NCBI GenBank assembly: GCA_001769125.1
Contig: MEOG01000073.1
Span: 14,834-78,833, forward strand
Reading direction: 5' to 3'
DNA: 64,000 bases
From: Bacteroidetes bacterium GWF2_35_48
GTDB lineage: Bacteria; Bacteroidota; Bacteroidia; Bacteroidales; GWF2-35-48
The position numbers were made by a program, and so were the translations under genes. Shown here piece by piece: positions 62,720-64,000 of this stretch (its first letter is position 1; each line of letters starts with the position of its first letter). The notes beneath the pieces are model-generated. The model was not told the origin of the DNA. It saw only the letters and a program-made list of their open reading frames with translations, and did no database searches.

Positions 62720-64000
62720 TTATTTAAACGTTGAAATCATTTTGTATTCATCATCGTTTAACCCATATAACTCTGAAATAATAATATCAATTTCATTAAG
62801 CAAATAATTTATTCTTCTTTGTGTTTGTTCAGATTTTGGTTGTTGGTGTAATTCTAATAAAATATCAACTTGTTTAATAATTTGATCATGCTTATTTTTA
62901 TTTTTAGTATTAATATTTGGTATTGGTAATTGAGACAATTGACCCATTAATATTTGAGGAAAACCTTGTGCATTTGTTAATAATTTTTGCTTTAAATAAA
63001 AAGTTAAAACATTTGAATTTAAAACACCTAATAAATATTTTAGATTTAATGATTTTGATGTAGCTATATAGATTGTACTTTCAATTAATTCTTGCTGATC
63101 ACTATAAGTTGCACAAAGTATATTACCGGTTCTACGTATTAATAAACGAGGTGTTTGCAGATGCTTTTCTAGTTTATTAGTGCCACCAATAATTTTAAGA
63201 TTATTATAAGTAGCATAATTTGTATAGAAATGATTATACCTACTCATGTTTTTACCAAGCAAAAATGGATAATTTGTTTTTGACTTTTTACTCTCCATCA
63301 CACTTTCTCTATCTTGCACAACCATTCCTTTGTTCATAATTACCATATCTCCCATCATTGTTGATTGCTTTTGTATTTTTTTCAAAATAGAATCAAATTG
63401 ATTATTAATTTGTGTCTCCCAAATTTCATTTTTTGACTTGATATTTATTTTTTTTGATTCTTTAATTTTACCGAATTTATTAATGATTTTTAACTCTGTC
63501 GATGAAGTGTGTTTTTTATTTTCTGCCACAAATACTGTAGTCCCAATTGTAGCCTGTTCAAAAACAAAATGGTCAAAAACTGCAATTGTTTTTATATTCA
63601 AATTTTCAATTAATGTATTTCTTACAATATTATTGCTTGATGTTGTTAATAAGGCTTCAGGAACTATAAAGGAAAAATAATTTGATTGAAATTTTGCAAA
63701 TTTTTCAATAAATAACTGAAATAAATTTTTGGAACTACCTCCATGAATACTTAAATATTTTTGATTATAGTATTCTAAAATATTACTATTAGTATTATTC
63801 TTTGTTAATTTTAAATATGGAGGATTGCCAATAATACAATCAAAACCTTCTTTATTGAAAATTTGTTTAAATTCACTTTCCCAATCAAAAGCATTTATAT
63901 TTTTTTCACTTATTGTTTCAAAACAAAATTCATTATTGAAAAAATCATTACCAATTAAAGAATTTCCACATTTTATATTAAAGTCTAAATTTGGTAAAAC
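62720..64000 (-). CDS. Eco57I/type IIG-like N6-adenine DNA methyltransferase with TaqI-like C-terminal specificity domain (5' part outside window)
   Basis: The minus-strand frame is open from 64000 with no stop: VLPNLDFNIKCGNSLIG...EGFDCIIGNPPYLKL... (NPPY motif IV) continues into the 293-aa ORF. The M at 63601 in the ORF track is an internal TTG. Confidence 0.8.
   Translation of the reverse strand, partial: VLPNLDFNIKCGNSLIGNDFFNNEFCFETISEKNINAFDWESEFKQIFNKEGFDCIIGNPPYLKLTKNNTNSNILEYYNQKYLSIHGGSSKNLFQLFIEKFAKFQSNYFSFIVPEALLTTSSNNIVRNTLIENLNIKTIAVFDHFVFEQATIGTTVFVAENKKHTSSTELKIINKFGKIKESKKINIKSKNEIWETQINNQFDSILKKIQKQSTMMGDMVIMNKGMVVQDRESVMESKKSKTNYPFLLGKNMSRYNHFYTNYATYNNLKIIGGTNKLEKHLQTPRLLIRRTGNILCATYSDQQELIESTIYIATSKSLNLKYLLGVLNSNVLTFYLKQKLLTNAQGFPQILMGQLSQLPIPNINTKNKNKHDQIIKQVDILLELHQQPKSEQTQRRINYLLNEIDIIISELYGLNDDEYKMISTFK

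Overview
AT-rich chromosomal window that looks Bacteroidota-derived. Six predicted proteins end in T9SS C-terminal sorting domains, there is a DUF3276/PUR-like protein, and one precursor peptide carries a CFB-style double-glycine leader. No rRNA, tRNA or CRISPR array was recognised.

Layout:
(1) 1-1340: ptb-buk butyrate fermentation pair.
(2) ~1.6-13.1 kb: accessory-looking stretch. It holds an LRR+ankyrin protein, a HepT/MntA toxin-antitoxin cassette bracketed by ~95-bp direct repeats, T9SS-secreted GH16 and C10 peptidase genes, a 1238-aa tail-fibre-like repeat protein, a decayed second tail-fibre C-terminus, and a 5'-truncated nitroreductase remnant at the right edge.
(3) 13.3-39.2 kb: mixed genes. 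These are an ankyrin protein, an S46 dipeptidyl-peptidase with the DPP11-type Arg, an M4 metalloprotease, an HTH-less sigma-54 activator, a threonine aldolase broken by one in-frame TAA, a TIGR04222-like Cys/Gly-tailed membrane protein next to an rSAM/SPASM enzyme, an LTA-synthase-family sulfatase, and a purple-acid-phosphatase-like T9SS cargo.
(4) 39.4-52.0 kb: class I lanthipeptide locus. It has a GG-leader precursor with a 46-aa core containing 10 Cys, LanC, a split LanB whose elimination domain carries an in-frame TAA, a C39-ABC exporter, HlyD, an embedded BNR/YCF48-like T9SS protein, and a divergent ABC pair.
(5) 52.0-62.5 kb: tightly packed 11-gene minus-strand operon. It mixes sphingoid-base-type enzymes (alpha-oxoamine synthase, ACP, KAS, SDR, DAGK-like kinase) with a UbiA prenyltransferase, radical SAM, OYE reductase, AIR-synthase-like protein and a barrel-like protein. 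I consider this the best candidate for an undescribed (lipid) pathway.
(6) 62.7-64.0 kb: partial Eco57I/type IIG-like N6-adenine methyltransferase running off the window.

Intergenic DNA carries several GC-rich tandem and inverted short-repeat families: a 20-mer array, (GGCAGTC)n and (GTTGCAG)n heptamer arrays, nested palindromes, and 'ATCCGC...TTCAAAAA' elements.

All functional calls come from reading motifs in the supplied translations. No database search was run.
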